Below, piece after piece: positions 27,160 through 40,221 of a DNA stretch of 64,000 nt. Each line of letters starts with the position of its first letter. The stretch's first letter is position 1. Below the pieces are notes generated by a model, which was not told the DNA's origin, made no database searches, and saw only the letters and a list, made by a program, of their open reading frames with translations. The position numbers and the translations under genes are program-made. This stretch comes from Octopus sinensis. Its lineage: Eukaryota. The stretch spans positions 53,072,001 through 53,136,000 of the forward strand of contig NC_043001.1 in assembly GCF_006345805.1 (NCBI RefSeq). The letters are read 5' to 3'.

Positions 27160-27344
27160 ACCTGAACAAGTAAGTTTTTATGACATTTTAAACAAACATA
27201 GTGTAAACCTTCTTTGAGGGGTTGGCAATTAGCTGTCGTAAATGATGGTATTTAACCATCATTTGCAACAGCTAATTGCCAACACTTCAGAGAATGTTTA
27301 CACTATGTTTGCTTAAAATGTCATAAAAACTTAATTGTTCAGGT
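27160..27344. repeat. long imperfect hairpin (90-bp arms, 5-nt loop)
   Basis: 27160-27249 versus the reverse complement of 27255-27344: 8 mismatches, no gaps; loop ATTTA. Confidence 0.95.
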
Positions 27345-27399
27345 ATTGAGCTGGTGTGCAATTTCTTGACACAATTCCTTCATAGTGCTTCAATCTCGA

Positions 27400-28780
27400 C
27401 ATATATTCTGGATCTGTCTGTCACTACACAACGAATGTGTTTGGGCACCCCAACACTCCTGATATATCCACTTTTATAACACTGACACACGAGTCTCTTT
27501 CGGTATGCAGTTCTTCATTATCTCCATTGTACCATATAACATGTTTTTCCAAGGATGAGGATGAGGAAATTTGGGGTCTCCTCTGTACATGTGTTTTTCT
27601 TCATGTCAGGTGGAGCATGGGGGGGGTGATGTATTTAGGGAATGTCTGGGTACAGTGGCTGTGGGTGTGGCATGGGGTCGTCACTTACTACGTGTGTTCC
27701 TTTTCCTCTCTTCCCGTTTTTCCGCCGTTTCCAATCCGTTATTCACCTCCTCTCCTCCGATACTGGTACACGTTTTTGCCATTGGTGCAGTTTCAATCTC
27801 CTTCTCGCTCTCGTGCCTCTCTTCAGCCACCACGGTTGGTGGAGGACCAATTTCCCTTTCTTTCTCGTGCTTCTCTTTGGCCTTCATTGGTGGTCGAGGA
27901 CAGTCCGCTCCATTGTGGACTTTCAGGCCGCACATAGTATCGAGGAATCCTACCTTCCACTCTGATTCTCTTACTTCTCTGGCCGGGATGGTTTCCATGA
28001 TGTTTTCGATGTCTACCTGGGCGACCTGTACTATCATGTCTAGGCTCTGCTCTTGCCACTTCATGTGAATTGTCCTGGTGCCCTGTAGAACCACTACCTT
28101 CTCCTCCATGCCTAGCAGTATGGCAGCTATCAGCCAGGCTACATCCACTTCTGGGGGTATGTCTTCCACCCTCACCTGGAAGCACGTCTCCCAATGTATA
28201 CTGGTAGATGCACGATTTCGTCTGTTTTTAATGGTGCCGATAGTGCAGCCTAGCGGTAGCTACCTCCCGAAACTGTACCTCCACCATTCCATACCGCCTT
28301 TCCCCGGCAAGGCAGGAAATCCCTTGCCAGACCTGCCTCAGCGCCACTTCAAACTGGGCTGATGACACCAATTCAAGCCTCCTAGTTTCCACCGCGCACG
28401 TCCTGCAAACTATCGTCTTCTCGCTCCTCTCCTTCAAACCATCTTTTGGGCGAGGGGAACACCTTCACCTCGTCCTCCTGCCCCACCCAAGTATTTTTCT
28501 GAATTTGTTCAACTCTTCCAGACTCACATCTTCACCCTTTCCTTTTGCCACGCCTACATAATTTCCTGCTTCCACTTCCTCGCCAGTTCCTTTTAAACAC
28601 TTCACCATATCCTGGTAAGATGACACAAAATGTGAAAAAACTTAAATCTTCATAATTCATAACACGACGCTCCCCCATTAAACAAGAGGGAAGTCGTTGT
28701 ACACCACCGCTGCAAGACAGCCAAAAACGCGCATTTGACACAGTCAACCGTTTGAACAATCAATAAACCAGAAGCAAGTT
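27400..28780 (-). mobile_element. L1/Tx1-type LINE 5' end + gag-like ORF1 relic (copy 2)
   Basis: ATG at 28678-28676; VRVEDIPPEVDVAWLIAAILLGME...; degenerate zinc knuckle TMCGLKVHNGADCP; charged low-complexity linker; no ORF2 follows. Confidence 0.7.
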
Positions 28781-28879
28781 TCTTACCACACAGCCACTCC
28801 TGCACTTATACATATATGTGGGTGTATTTGTGTGTCAGTGTTTTCCCCCACCCCATCATCGCTTCACAACCGATGTTTT

Positions 28880-29005
28880 CGGCAAAAGAGACCGATAGAA
28901 TAAGTACTTGGTTTACAAAGAATAAGTCTGGGGATCGATATGTTCGACTAAAGATTGTGCTCCATCATGGCTACAGTCAAATGACTGAAATAAGTAAAGA
29001 ATGTT
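28880..29005 (+). mobile_element. SINE family 2, 3' fragment
   Basis: CAAAAGAGACCGATAGAATAAGTAC...GTTCGACTAAA...CATGGCTACAGTCAAATGACTGAAATAAGTAA matches the tail of the 47575-47958 copy. Confidence 0.7.
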
Positions 29006-29836
29006 AAACATTGATAAAGAATACGATGACTGATACTTCTTTAAACGTTTCTTTTAATTTTTACTTCTGGTCACGTATTTCTGCTGCACAGACTATGTGC
29101 AGTTGCGTATGCAACCCAGCATAACAATGGATCGAAACGAACTGCGTTGATTTATTTGTTTGTAGCAAGTTTATAATACACAGGGAAGTGATTGACCTCA
29201 TAAGCTGACCTCAGATTAACATCAGCTTGGATAGTGTATCCAATACACACACCTTTTAAAATTCTACATGTTATTTCATTGAATACTTGTCACTGGGAAC
29301 AATTTAGTTGACACTGGCAATACTCTAGCTACTTGACACTGAAAACTTTAACAGGGCCTATAGGAATCAACAGCTCCGTCTAAATACTCATTTCGCAAAA
29401 GCAATGAACTCGTTTCACTTACTTGAGCAGAACAATAAATTTCAAACGAAAAGTAAGATTTAAATAAAGAAAATCCTGACTTTTCCATGCAAAGGTTTTT
29501 AGGTATTATATTCAATTATTATCGTCGTTCCATGCATTTCTTTCCGTAAGATTTCTACGTATTGCAAGCATTTTCTAATTTGTGATCTAGAAATTATATA
29601 CAATGTTATTAATGGAACACAAACCTAATTAGCACCTGAGAACATACATAAAATGCTAAATATTTTAAGCAAAGAATACAAATATTATATGCAGCATTTC
29701 GAAAAATTATAAAGAGGTCATGCGTACTCTGAATTTCAGTATAAATAATGAATATATCGATCTAACTGCCGATTATCAGAAAAGATCAAACGAAAACATT
29801 ACAACTATATATACAAAATTATATATAAAAGCAATA

Positions 29837-29837
<1 letters not shown>

Positions 29838-29906
<69 letters not shown>

Positions 29907-29939
29907 AAGATAGAGAGAGAGAAAGAGAGAGAGAGAAAG

Positions 29940-29970
<31 letters not shown>
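29838..29970. repeat. (TA)n-(GA)n compound microsatellite
   Basis: Direct. Confidence 0.97.
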
Positions 29971-30181
29971 TAGAATTTTGGAAATTCCTTGATACAGTAT
30001 AATATTTGGAGAGAACGTTTTTTTCAAAGATTGAGAAAAAGAACCTTTTTAGAAAGTCGAAAGACATTAACAAAATGTGTGTGGGCTTTGCTTTTATAAA
30101 TGTGGAAGCGCTTTCAGTTCTTAACGTTTTCATGCATGTGTTATTATATACAGTGAATGTTATTCTCAGTAAAATTGTTGA

Positions 30182-30750
30182 CTATTTCTGGTTTAGTCTC
30201 TGACTCAGAACTCTTATGAAATATTCTTCTTTTGTTTTCCACAAAAGGTCGTTCTCTTCATTGATTTTATGAAGAAGGAAAATTGTAAATTTTCCATGTG
30301 CACAGGTGTCCAAATGATCGCTACAAGGTATGCATCTAAGTGTGGGATGTTTTATTTGATGTCTAAGCATATTTACACGGTTGGTTAATTTCATTTTTAT
30401 TTCCCCAATATAATGTTCGTTGCATTGTGGAAATGCGATACAATATATCAGGTATTTGCTTTTGTAGTTCATATTTGCATTTACCTTTAATTCACTTCCC
30501 TTCTTGAAATTAAACTGTATGGATGGTGGGAATTGAAGCTGATGATTCATCCAGTGAAGGTCAAACAGTTGAAATAGAAAGACGTGGCTTATGATGCACC
30601 TGTCTTGCTTCTGACTAGTGTTTGAAGCTTACCCTATTTTTATAGGGGGTTCATGGCGCAAATTAGTATATGTTATGAATAGAATTAGATTTTTAGAGAA
30701 TTGCCACATGGCCAGTGTTAGAAATTTTTGTGGGTACTCTGTGACGTCTG
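30182..30750 (-). mobile_element. Penelope-like GIY-YIG relic
   Basis: KVNANMNYKSKYLIYCIAFPQCNEHYIGE..LTNRVNMLRHQI..IPCSDHLDTCAHGKFTIF; clear paralog of 24040-24346. Confidence 0.85.
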
Positions 30751-31149
30751 TGAGTTAGTATGAAGTGACGATGTTTGGTGCCATAAGTTAAGGCTGATAC
30801 ACTTGACTGAACATCTCCAAACCATTAATACTCTGAATGTTTTGTATCAAGTGTTTGTAGAGAATGAACACATGATTAGGTTTATAACCTTTTTATGCTT
30901 CCCGCTATGTCCGTGCATTAGTATCACGTGACAATATATGTTGCGCCTAAAAAGAAGGCCGACACGGTTGGGTGAACACGTTTAGTTATAATCAAAGCGG
31001 TCCAAATTTAATCTGTCTCGTGGGATAGTGGACAGGAATCGTTTGTATGTGGTCCAGTGGCTAACGTTTAGGTTGCTAGTTGTATAGGTTACTCATGTTC
31101 AGTAGCAAAATAAGTTTTGCGTGTGAATAGCTATTTGTGTATGTACTTT

Positions 31150-31300
31150 GTTAAAGTTTGTTAAGTCTTGGTTTGTACTTTTGCATAAAAGTACTTTCTT
31201 TGTTTATCCATGATTTATCTGTGGTGTACGCTGAACATTGGTAGAGTGGGATTTGGGGGACTTTTTTTGCACATATGTCTATATATCCACACAGTGGAAT
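31150..31300 (-). mobile_element. second Penelope-like GIY-YIG C-terminal remnant
   Basis: IPLCGYIDICAK...ESTFMQKYKPRLNKL* resembles the IPLSxHLDxC...ExxFIxKFxPKLN tail. Confidence 0.5.
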
Positions 31301-32012
31301 CTGCCTGGTACTGGGTCTCGTACTTGTTGTCGGTCAATGGTCAGATTATTTCTTAAAATATTTATATGAATGGAACAAATAAATAGGTAATAGAGAATAT
31401 ATAGTAAATTGTAGCTATATAAATTAATTTAACTATGTGGTAATTTGAGTATATTTGTGTTTTACGTTTTTGCGTAGTAAATTAAGAATTTTTAGGTTTC
31501 TAGTGAATGATATCCAACTGTTTAGTGATTTTATTCTTTCTTGGAAATCTTATTCTCTTTTTGTTAAAGCTAAAATATACTTGTAGTTTTCATTGATAAA
31601 ATGTATATTTCTATCTGTTTGTTCTATTTCTTTAAGACACGTCTTCTCAAGTAAATTATTAAACGCTAAGTGATACGTTTTTCTTTTTTGAACGTTTTTA
31701 GCTCATAATACATCTTTGGAGAGATAAGTATACAATTTTATTTACGAAATAATAATTAATTCTTTTTACATTTTTTATCTAAGAAATAATAATGAAATCT
31801 AAATAAGTATTGATTGATAAACACGAATTTCTATTTTTTTTATTTATATATTAATGATAATTTAGATACGTACATTTATTTAATTATTATTATTTTATAA
31901 TTATCATATCTGAACTTAGATGATAAAATATTAGTTTGGCACTTTGTGATTTAGATTGTAATTTTTTTTAGTATAAGTAAAGCTTTTTATTATATCTTTA
32001 GTACTATTAAAT

Positions 32013-32091
<79 letters not shown>

Positions 32092-32675
32092 GTACGTTTT
32101 TCGCAAATAATTATATAAACGATAAGTAATACGTTTTTAGTTTGGAATTTTTTATTTTTTATTTCATAAATATTTTGGGAATGATATCTATAATATTTAT
32201 TTAAGTAATAATGGAGTAGTTTATTTATTTATTCATTTATATGTTTATAGTTTGAAAAGATATGGATTTCTAATTGCTATATTTAGATACGTGCTTTTAT
32301 ATAATTTTATAATTTTATTGTTATAATTATTATTTGTGGAATAAAATCTAAAAATACTAAGTGTGATTGTTTTGTAAAATAGTTTGTGAATTAAAATATT
32401 AGAGTATAGCTAGTGTAAAGATATTCTATAATTTATTAATGTTTATTTCTAAAAGCCAAATTATATCTTCTCAGATAGATACAGTTTTCTATCTATTTTT
32501 TTTACCTCACATATTTAACATAATAAATGTATTATAGGCATCTGGTCCTAATGTTGTAAGTTTCCAATTTAGTTAATTTAGTTTCTTCCATAAGAACAAT
32601 CGTGATTTTATTTCTTTAAGAAAAATTGTTTAATTCAATTTTTTTCATTTATTTAACTAATATTGTTATTATTGT

Positions 32676-32776
32676 TCACCTGGAGAGTGACTATAATTTA
32701 AATTGAATTTTTTTCGTTTAAATTTAAAGGTAATTGTAATTCGAATTTAAAATATAGTCATTAAACGTGCGTAGTC
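32676..32776 (+). ncRNA. decayed hammerhead motif, CUGGAGA-core variant
   Basis: CTGGAGA(32680-32686)-G-TGACTATA...TATAGTCA-T-TAAAC-GTGC-GTA; perfect 8-bp basal stem II plus inner AT-rich pairing; G12T lesion; stem I weak. Confidence 0.5.
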
Positions 32777-33014
32777 TTTTTACTTATTACATATTGTTTA
32801 TTCATTTTTGTAATTTATGTGATCTAGTTATATGTTTGAAAATATATTTTAATTTTTATTTATGATTTGGTTTATGTCTATCATTGTTTGAATTAAATAA
32901 TAATGGTTTTTCTCTAATTTATATATATTATATATTTACATTGTGAAATTTGATTTAATATTAAGTTGAATTTTTCCTATTACGTGTAGAGTTATACTGC
33001 CTAATATTATTATT

Positions 33015-33461
33015 GAGTGAGAGAGCAGTTCATGCCATCAAAGTGACACTGGGGTAAAATATACGAAGCCCAATATACCCATCATGACTACCCGTCTGAT
33101 AAGGGTAGACCAGGCACATGCATCACAACCATATGTGCGCGACATGGTGATCTCATATCAAGATAAACAGCACATGACCTTGCAGGTAGGGCCCAGTTAG
33201 AAATTTCTTCAGGTTGAGTAGGCCATCCCGCTCAAAAGGTCCCTGAATAAGGGTTGTTTAAGGATGTTTAAAGAACCACCCATGTTTCCAGAGGTGAATT
33301 ATTCAAACCCCAAAGAATTCCTCTCAACACATGGCTATGATGCTCCCCTACTACTTCTGCTCGTGATCAGAGATGCACATATCGTCAGCCACTGGTTAAG
33401 GTCAAACAACTGACAAGCAAATCTGTGATATTGAGCAGAATATTTGCTGAAGCCCATCTTC
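33015..33461. mobile_element. non-coding interspersed repeat inserted in (TAT)n
   Basis: Reverse complement of 6535-6885, extended; TATTATTATT on the left and (TAT)n on the right. Confidence 0.85.
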
Positions 33462-33576
33462 TATTATTATTATGATTATTATTATTATTATTATTATTAT
33501 TAGTAGTAGTAGTAGTAGTAGTCGTAGTCGTAGTAGTTGTAGTAGTATTGTTATTGTTATTATTATTATTATTATC

Positions 33577-33621
<45 letters not shown>

Positions 33622-33719
33622 TTCCGGCGTACGTCTGGGCGTGTGCGTGTGTGCCTGTAGATTCGCATGCCCCGCACCGCGATAGTTTTTTCCATCAATC
33701 TTTCGGTTGCGAAGTGGGT

Positions 33720-34500
33720 CCTTGCATGCATATATATATACACACATATAAATATATTAACACACATATAAACCCCTACATTTGTACACACACGCACATA
33801 CATACATACGTTCACTCCCACGCACGTACACACACACATTTACATATATATACAATACACACACACACATACACACGTATATACACACACTAATTCACAT
33901 ACACACCGACACATATACATACACACAAATTATACCTCCACGCGCACGCACACATACACATACGTACACACATATAAGCACACACACACACATACATACG
34001 CACACCAAAACATGCGCACACATACGCACGCACACGCGCAAAAAGAAACTCACAACCCCATGGATACACGCATATACATCCATTTACGCCTACACACACA
34101 CATACCAACACACACACAACTACACGCACATACATACACACGCACACGCACACACACAAATGAACTCACACATACATCCCATACGGCACACAACCATACA
34201 TACACGCACACACATACATACACGCACACACATACATACACGCACACAATCATATATACATATATATACACTCACACGCACGTACAAGCACACGCGCACA
34301 CATACACTAAGTTAAGCACAGTTACTCGCCATACAAATAAAAAACGCAAATACATACACAAATACATATACACGCACACACACACACTTCCCTGTTTCTG
34401 ACCTGCCTTTCTGACACCACTCCATAATTCTACTACTGCCTGCCACTAGCCATTGTCCACCATACACACACACACACACCCTTGTCATCGCGCACACCTT
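33720..34500. repeat. degenerate (CA/TA/CG)n low-complexity tract
   Basis: About 800 bp of alternating purine-pyrimidine repeats. Confidence 0.92.
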
Positions 34501-34636
34501 TTTTATCATTCCTTCTTTGATTCCGCTCTCTTGTTTTTAAAAAACATTTTCGTCCATTTTTACCACTTCCGTCTTTTTAGTATGTGACCTCGTTTTTTCC
34601 TCTGTCCTCCCGTCTCGGGATCTTTCTTTCTCCTAT

Positions 34637-34671
34637 GTTTCCGACGAAGAGCTCCGCTCGAAACGTCAAAC
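34637..34671 (+). ncRNA. ultra-minimal hammerhead-like motif (U4C) in a short (TA)n-associated element (~34560-34770)
   Basis: GTTT-CCGACGA-A-GAGC-TCC-GCTC-GAAAC-GTC-AAAC: stem I GTTT/AAAC, stem II GAGC/GCTC, loop-less palindromic ACGT stem III, GUC site. Confidence 0.6.
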
Positions 34672-34801
34672 CCTCCTTCTTCCCTTCTTTCCTGATCTTC
34701 CAATAATACTTTATTTAATCCACATCCTTGCGTTGTTGTCTTTTTGTTTTCTTGTTTGGAATAACTTTATATATATATATATTATATATAAATATATATA
34801 T

Positions 34802-34875
<74 letters not shown>

Positions 34876-35914
34876 ATGTAGTAAAACAAAGGAAGAAAAC
34901 ATTATCTTCAAAGGGATATAGGATCTTTAAGAATCGTCTGTTTCCAAATGATAACCTAACTTCTTCACAATGGCATGAAGAGAGGCGCCTTTAGCACTTT
35001 CCTTGATGATGCCAGACTTTTCCTCATCGTTAAGGCCGTTTCTACATCCAATTGTTTTTAGAGATGAGAGACGCTATTAGCTTCGTTCACCTAAAAAAAC
35101 TGAAGAATCCAAAATAAAGAAAGAAAATATTACACAGAATAATGAAAACGTAAGAATGGTGTTGCCATAGTGTGTAAACCAGCTGGTTTACTGAGAAATC
35201 CTAAATTCCATTCCTAAGCTACTAGTATGGTCCTGGGTGTATATAAAAATTAAGGTTTATGCATTTGTTTTGCATGATTCTTTCAAATAAATAAATAATA
35301 CTTTAGTAGATAGATAAATAAAAGACACAAGTACAAACAGTGTAGTAAGCAAATCCACTCACATACAAACACACACTGAAATGCATGTGTGACAAAGATA
35401 TATACAACACAAAGAGAAACTGGAATAAGCAGAAGGAGATAGAGCGTCGCTGAAATGTCACAGGCTGTGTGCCGAAAGCTTTCATAAAGAAACTAAAATA
35501 ATAATAGTAAAGCTGAAGTGAATACTAAATACGTGTGTTTAATTATCAATACACGGTCGTCCCTATGTATAACAACATTTAGACAATATGTTGAATCAAA
35601 TAATAGAGAACAAGGAGAAATCGAAAAGTGCATATCGGAAATTGAAGGAAAGTTTACTTAGCACTGTTCTAAAACGCAAAAGCGGTATGGAAAGTTGGCT
35701 AGGATTTAAGAAGATATTGGTTTATAAAAGAGAGTGGAGGAATTCTAGAAGCACAGGAATAAGTTAAATTTGATAAGAAGGTAACACATCATCGGGACTA
35801 TTTACCCAAACGTACAACTTGTGGTTTTCCAGATGAAACTATTCTCAGACTTTATCTGATTGTTTGCATTTTACCCAGTTTAAATGTTAAAAAATGTAGA
35901 TTGTTGTAATAGAC

Positions 35915-36228
35915 CCTCGGTTCTCAGAATGGGTGCTACCGCTCCCGGTGGGCGTTGAGAGGGTCCAGGTGTGTGCTGGTGCCTAAGTAAGCGGGGAGGC
36001 ATTAGACAAAAAAGGCTGCGTTGGGAGGAAGACAGTGGACTGGGGGACGCTATGAAATTATTAGTATTGAATAGAAACTATATATTTTATTAAATATCAA
36101 ATGACTCACAGTGGGTATAAATTAGGAAAATATAAAATGTTTATTTATGCATAAAAATAGGGGTGGAACGCTGAGAGCATTATGTAGCCATGAGAGGGGC
36201 AGTGACTCGAAAAGTTTGAGAGTATCTG
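35915..36228. mobile_element. possible hAT-type MITE
   Basis: Ends CTCGGTTCTCAGAA / AAGTTTGAGAGTATCTG resemble CAGTGGTTCTCAAA TIRs; no TSD confirmed. Confidence 0.35.
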
Positions 36229-36788
36229 CAAAAGGTCATTGAAACCTTTGCAACAAATTTAGTTTTGCATGTGCAAAAATAGATTTATAACGATTTTGTG
36301 ACTAGCAATGCAAGCTCTCGAAAATGATGTAGTGAAGTTCCTGTAAAAGCCCGGAAGAAATATAGAACACATCAAGCTGCATGCTTTATTCGTTGACAAG
36401 AAGAAACTGTATGATATAATCAACGCGTCATAGCACGCGAATTATATTGAATACTTTTCCACCAAAATAAAAGGAAGAGAGAAAGGAAAACGGTGAGTAT
36501 TATACCGACTTCAATTATGAAATTTCCAAGTGCTGGAACAGTACTTACAATTGACAAATTTGAGAAGAAAATATGAAAAACCGGATCACAATGTAAATAC
36601 AGAAAATAAACATTTAATGATAGGAAAGCCAAAACATATATGAAGAGCGAAAACACATTTTATACAGAAGTTTCAGAACGCTTCACATTCTAACACCCAA
36701 AGATCTGTTTCGATGGGAAACCTAATTCAAGTGACGACGACATGAAATTTCGTGAATCAAAAAACACAGATATTTATAGTCTTTCATA

Positions 36789-36919
<131 letters not shown>

Positions 36920-36929
36920 GATATTAGCT

Positions 36930-37257
36930 TCTGATCTTAAGTGATGCACATGTTTTGATGTTTCGTGTTGGTGTAAAATATGGGCCACAGCAAATATTCA
37001 TCACTTCTGGCAACATTAGTGCTTCATTCATCAAGATTAACCAATCCTTATTCAGGTACCTTTCGAGCGGGATGGGCTACTCAACCTAAATAAAGTTTTA
37101 TCTGGGTTTCTACTTGCAAGGTCATACGTTGTTAATCTTGGTATGAGGTCACCGTGTCACGCACACAGGGTCGTGATGCATGTGCCTGATGCACCTTATG
37201 AAAGGGCTACGCACCATAGGTACATTGGACTTCGTATATTTGTAACCCAGCGTGACT
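36930..37257. mobile_element. diverged third copy of the (AAT)n-associated repeat
   Basis: CCTTATTCAGGTACCTTTCGAGCGGGATGGGCTACTCAACC...GCAAGGTCAT...GGACTTCGTATATTT aligns with 6648-6850. Confidence 0.75.
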
Positions 37258-37279
37258 GAAGAATGAACAAGACCTATGA

Positions 37280-37700
37280 TAAGAAATACTGAAGGTTGAA
37301 TAGAAGTGGTTGAGGATTTCGATTGAAAGGCAATTCTACCATCTGCCACCATATAAAAGAAAACTGCAGAATGTAATGGCATGCTCAATATGAGGTATAA
37401 AATCAAAGTAAAGATACTAAAATTTGAATAAAGAATTCTTGAAAGATAGTTCGAATACATCAGAGAACGGGGACTATGTAATAATATCAAGAAGAAGCAG
37501 TCATACAAACAAAGTATCAGTCAGATATTTTAACAAATGAAATATAGGATCAGCACGATAAAATGATAAGCTTGTTAAAATCATCTGCAAATTGGGGTTT
37601 ATTGTAGAAGTGTGGCAGTCCTTGATCCTGAACGCACAGCTCATATATATGAAGTTCGGTTGTTTGGTGTTCTCAACTACAAGAGTTCCACATATGGTCC
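37280..37700 (-). mobile_element. possible CR1/L2-type RT remnant
   Basis: Isolated QFADD and PHIEHA (PHLEY-like) motifs in expected order; heavily decayed. Confidence 0.3.
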
Positions 37701-40221
37701 ATACACATATAGTTCCATACAATGACTATCATATTCATTTCTCCACCGTTCTTTCAGCAGCTGCTCAATCATTTTTTTCGTTTCTTTTCGAAGAAATGTT
37801 AATAGATACTATTTGTTTCTTATTGCGTTTCGTCCCACTCCAATTCCTGTTCTACATAGTTGCAACCGTTTGAAATAGATCGGTGGTCAGTCATCTTTTA
37901 TAACAGCTCATTATTATCCTTGTTGATTTTAACAATCTGAGTGGGCTTACAAATGGCACGAAGAAAGCTTTTTCACCACGTGATAATTAATCCTATAATA
38001 AAAAAGTTTCTTTAGACTTCTGGGGAGATATTTATCAGTAAGTTATTTTTGTCATACGAAAGTAGAGTTTATATCTGACACTAAAGGATTATTTTTTGGC
38101 CGTCATTTAATAAATCAATATTACTGGATATTCATTATTCAGCAAACCTAATACATGACAAAATCAAATACTAAAATAATTGCTAACTTTATAAAATATT
38201 TAAACAAATTACATTGTATAAGTTACACTACAAAATATTTCACATTGATTTACAGTACAAACATAAATAGATTCGAAAAATATAATAGATACGTTAAAAA
38301 AAACATCATGAATAACATATTGTATTTAACCGATGTTCGTGTTTCGACAGTCGACGATATATTCATGAAAGTGATTCATAATTTATATAAGTAAAGAGAC
38401 AATGGAAATTAAAAATAACCAAGATGAGAGGAAGGAAACAGAGACTGTTCCAAATTATTAATTGCTTTCAGAATTATAAAGAAAATGTTTTTACTAGCAG
38501 TGACAACTCAGTGATATACAAAAATACGTGAAAATCACAATGGCAGACAGTACACCTATAAGTAAAATATATTCTCTCTACTTGAAGACACAAAATAACA
38601 AACGAGCATACATGATTGCACAGGTGTTGGGAAATGGCCTCGGCTATTCAATGAATGAACCTTTCCACTATCAGTAGTAGTGGTAGTAAGCTGGTACGAC
38701 CACTACTACTACATAATAACAACAATAATGATGTTTATAGGCACTCAGACAAGGTGGGATTAGATGTGCACACATGCAGAACAAGAAAAGTGCACTAACA
38801 TTATTTTAAACACAGAAAATTCCCCAATATGTTGCCTCCCAGGGTAAATTGTGGAGACATACAAAAACCACGGACACGCTGACAACATAGGCAAGAACCT
38901 TGCACAGTGTAACTGCATTCTCTAACAAGACCCTTCCACTCGATCCATACTCAGCACTTTCAACCACATTTCCAAGAATTTGATGGAAGGCAACAACTCG
39001 GTCTCGTTCTAGTTCAAATCTCAAGTTAAATTTGAAGAAGTTGATAATAAAATGTCTTTCTTCAGTCCGTTCAGTCTTGCATACCACACACCCAGATTTT
39101 GCCATGAATGCCTAATAGATAAAAAGTACCTACGCCGGGAAGATGGGGGTGGTGGGTCGAGATTCAGAATGGGCCCAGCTTATCGCCTCATCCGCCCTAC
39201 AGGTGATAGCAACTATTCAACATAACCGCATAAGACAGCTACGATCGGGACCTAAACAAGTGTATGAAGAACTGTTTCGTCGTTCTACAGTCATCTCTGA
39301 TATGCTCGGCTGGCGATACTACCGTACCTATATAGGCTTCGCGAATTGGCAGTGATTCTTCCCACATCGGTAGCGCTGCCAAATCAGGGATTTCTGCAAA
39401 TTATCGTTGCGCCCAAGACTGAAACTCACCCACAATAGATGAGTCAGTTGATTTTTGTCTTGCCCAAAGTTTACCCAATAAAGTCAACTTATTCTACTAC
39501 AAATCCTCTATAGAACGCTCAGTGGAATTTTCACTGATCGCAGTGCTCGAATAGTAGAGGGCGTGAGGGAAAAACAAGACTTTAGATTCGTAAGCGTTTT
39601 TTCCCGATCTTCACTTTACACATGACTGTAGGTCAGCCATGGAGACGATCTGGGAAAATGCAACATTTCAATTCGTCCGTACAACGATGAATAACTTACT
39701 TTTTCTAAACACTTTGTACCCATAACTTGCTTCTTTCAGGTGTTTACTCAAAGAAACGGTGCAAAGCAGAAGAGCAAAGGAGATGACGAGTCTCCTTGAA
39801 AGATTCCAAATTAATAGTGAATTTTACAGCGTTTATAGTTTTAGTGTCAGTGTTGAGAATTAATGTCGTTTCTAGAGCTTCATGGTATGAGATACAAAAA
39901 CTCCTCGTTAGTGGTGAAATTTTGAATATCTCAAAAAATTCCATTATCCAACTGATAGCAAGTCTCTCAATAGACTTCTGCCACTGACATTTTTTTTCTG
40001 TTGTGACAATCTTCAAGAAAATATTTTGTAATAAACAGTTGATCCCTGCATCCGTATAACCCATGTTTAAATGCCTTTTATCTCATCGGGAAATATGTTG
40101 TTAGCGAGAAAAGCATATGTGAGTTCCATTAGGACATGCATTTATATATTGTTGCATTGAACGCTATGGGACCGTAGGTCTTAAGGGCTCTGTCAACTCA
40201 GGGGAACAAAATGTGATATAC

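Noticed and set aside
27437-28362. Plus-strand ORFs of 94-166 aa
   Set aside because: Antisense shadows of the minus-strand ORF1 relic.
29720-29800. Minus-strand CTGATAA...GAAA...GTA near a PLE tail
   Set aside because: G8 is missing and stems are unconvincing.
32560-32630. Minus-strand KITIVLMEETKL resembling an APE QETK motif
   Set aside because: Single short motif in very AT-rich DNA; the adjacent HHR and PLE context explain the region better.
35450-35490. CTGAAAT-GTCACAGGCTGTGTGC-CGAAAGCTTT hammerhead-like string
   Set aside because: Core incomplete and no stem I pairing.
38780-39450. GC-richer block with ORFs of 99 and 70 aa
   Set aside because: No recognisable motif; probably an unclassified repeat relic.
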